Of a stretch of DNA of 52,962 bases, positions 51,506 through 52,962 are shown in pieces. The stretch is taken from NCBI GenBank assembly GCA_002811645.1, contig PDIP01000061.1, positions 1-52,962 of the forward strand, given 5' to 3'. The stretch's first letter is position 1, and each line of letters opens with the position of its first letter. Below the pieces are notes generated by a model, which was given only the letters and a program-made list of their open reading frames with translations, did no database searches and had not been told where the DNA came from. The position numbers and the translations under genes are program-made. The stretch is from Corallochytrium limacisporum Hawaii. Its lineage: Eukaryota > Protista > Pluriformea.

Positions 51506-52564
51506 TTACTGGGGCTTGGGGGCGTTTGGATCACGCAGGTGTCCCCACTTGATCAGATCGGCATAGGTATCAATCAGAGAATCTTTGATGTCGTGGAAAG
51601 TAATATCGAACTCCTTCTCAGCCTTTGCTTGGCTCACGGCCAACTCCTTACCAATGTTCAGACGCACGAATAAACCGACCTGCTTGGGCTGTCCGAAGGA
51701 ACCGGCCCATGCAATCCAATCACCCACCGTGTTCTCCAAGCTGATGGTTGGCAGCTTTTTGAATGGGTACTTTTCACGGATAATCTCAATCATATGCCTC
51801 ATCGGGACGCACTGCTTGCAACAAATGTATCGCCCCGAAGCTTCCTTCTTCTCCATAGCGGCAACGTGGACGGCAGCGACATCGCGGACGTCGGTGATGC
51901 CAAACCACATGTTGAGGTACGTCGGGAAAGCGCCCTTTGCCATCCTGGTCAGCAACGACGGACTTTCATTGAGAGAGTTGTTGAAGGACGGTCCCAGTAC
52001 CATCAGAGGGTTGATTGTCACGAGGTCCCACTGGTCCTGCTCCTTGGCCATTTCCCAGGCTTTACGTTCCGCCAATGTTTTAGAGTAGTAGTAGGGCTGA
52101 CGAGTAAGTGAGGATTTCGTGTTCCAGTCCTCTTCAGTATACGTATGGCCAGAAACGGGTTCGTCCATAACAGCAGCCATGGAGCTGGTGACAATCACGC
52201 GCTTCACGTTTTTTCCGAATTTGTTGACCGATGCGAGAACGCTCTCGGTGCCCTCAAGAGCGGGCTTGATCAGATCTTCCTGGGGGTCTTTGACATTCAG
52301 GGAGAATGGGGATGCAGTGTGCATCACGTACTCGACATCCTTTACATAGTCATCAAATTGACCCGTTTTCAATGTTGCGGTGACCAGCTCAAGGTTTTTG
52401 TCGGCGTTCGGCATAGATGTCAGGTGTGAAGTCTTTTCTGGAGTCACACTGCGGACCGTACCGCGGACCTTGTACCCGCTCTGGAGCAGCTTGTACACGA
52501 TGTGGCTGGCGATGAAGCCATTAGCACCTGTGATGAGAACGGGCTTAGAAGTAATAGGAGACAT
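51506..52564 (-). CDS. Extended SDR NAD(P)H-dependent reductase (cinnamoyl-CoA reductase / Gre2 / aldehyde reductase II-like)
   Basis: TGANGFIA Rossmann motif, HTASP, TSSMAA, catalytic YYYSK and DVRDVA. Confidence 0.92.
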   Translation of the reverse strand: MSPITSKPVLITGANGFIASHIVYKLLQSGYKVRGTVRSVTPEKTSHLTSMPNADKNLELVTATLKTGQFDDYVKDVEYVMHTASPFSLNVKDPQEDLIKPALEGTESVLASVNKFGKNVKRVIVTSSMAAVMDEPVSGHTYTEEDWNTKSSLTRQPYYYSKTLAERKAWEMAKEQDQWDLVTINPLMVLGPSFNNSLNESPSLLTRMAKGAFPTYLNMWFGITDVRDVAAVHVAAMEKKEASGRYICCKQCVPMRHMIEIIREKYPFKKLPTISLENTVGDWIAWAGSFGQPKQVGLFVRLNIGKELAVSQAKAEKEFDITFHDIKDSLIDTYADLIKWGHLRDPNAPKPQ

Positions 52565-52962
52565 CTTTGGACTGTATGGTGTACTTATCTTGTCTCTACA
52601 TCTCAGAGTGAGTCAGCAGTTCATCTCTGCATACGCAACGATCTTCCTTCAAGTAGTTTCTGCCACCTAATGCAAACATCCACAAATTTCCATCTTCCAC
52701 CGACCGGTATTACGTGGCTGCTCTTGGATCGTTCCCGCAAGATACCGCATCACGAAGCAAAGGAGCTACTCATTTGCTGAGACGACCAGCTCGTCAGCTC
52801 ACAAAGGTTATTACCCTCTATCCACCATCGGCTTTTTTCTCCTCCCTTCCATCCTGCGGCCCCTATCGACCGATGACTGTACCACGTACCAAAACAACGT
52901 GTTTTGCTACCTGTGTTCTATCCCCAACCAAACATCCACCGGGGGGAGCTCTCTCTCCCCCC

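Noticed and set aside
1-52962. CRISPR array, transposase/RT, rRNA or prokaryotic operon
   Set aside because: No regularly spaced repeats, mobile-element motifs or rRNA signatures were seen; the gene set is eukaryotic.

Overview
Eukaryotic nuclear DNA with 16 credible protein-coding genes, all uninterrupted single ORFs, including a 9.4 kb SMG1 gene. In order: SMG1, RNF14-like RBR ligase, BIN4-like protein, SANT/Myb protein, DeSI2/PPPDE peptidase, ADA2, a coiled-coil protein, MPST, a glucuronokinase fusion, two TMEM68/MGAT-like acyltransferase paralogs, CHORDC1, a Na,K-ATPase beta-subunit-like protein, RPC4, a BTB-BACK-MATH protein and an extended SDR. Gene content plus the lack of coding introns suggests an intron-poor unicellular relative of animals such as Corallochytrium (inference, not verified). 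Genes mostly alternate in orientation, with very short convergent spacers and divergent spacers marked by C-run/G-run islands. Three multi-kb spacers are rich in microsatellites, and the last holds two assembly gaps. Best leads: a topoisomerase VI accessory subunit (BIN4) homolog outside plants; a divergent, apparently unglycosylated Na,K-ATPase beta subunit with a candidate 5'UTR intron; a repeated G7-CCNAATATATAG-Cn element; and a C-run/G-run promoter signature. I saw no tRNA, rRNA, CRISPR array or recognisable transposon. All family calls rest on motif recognition, not database searches.
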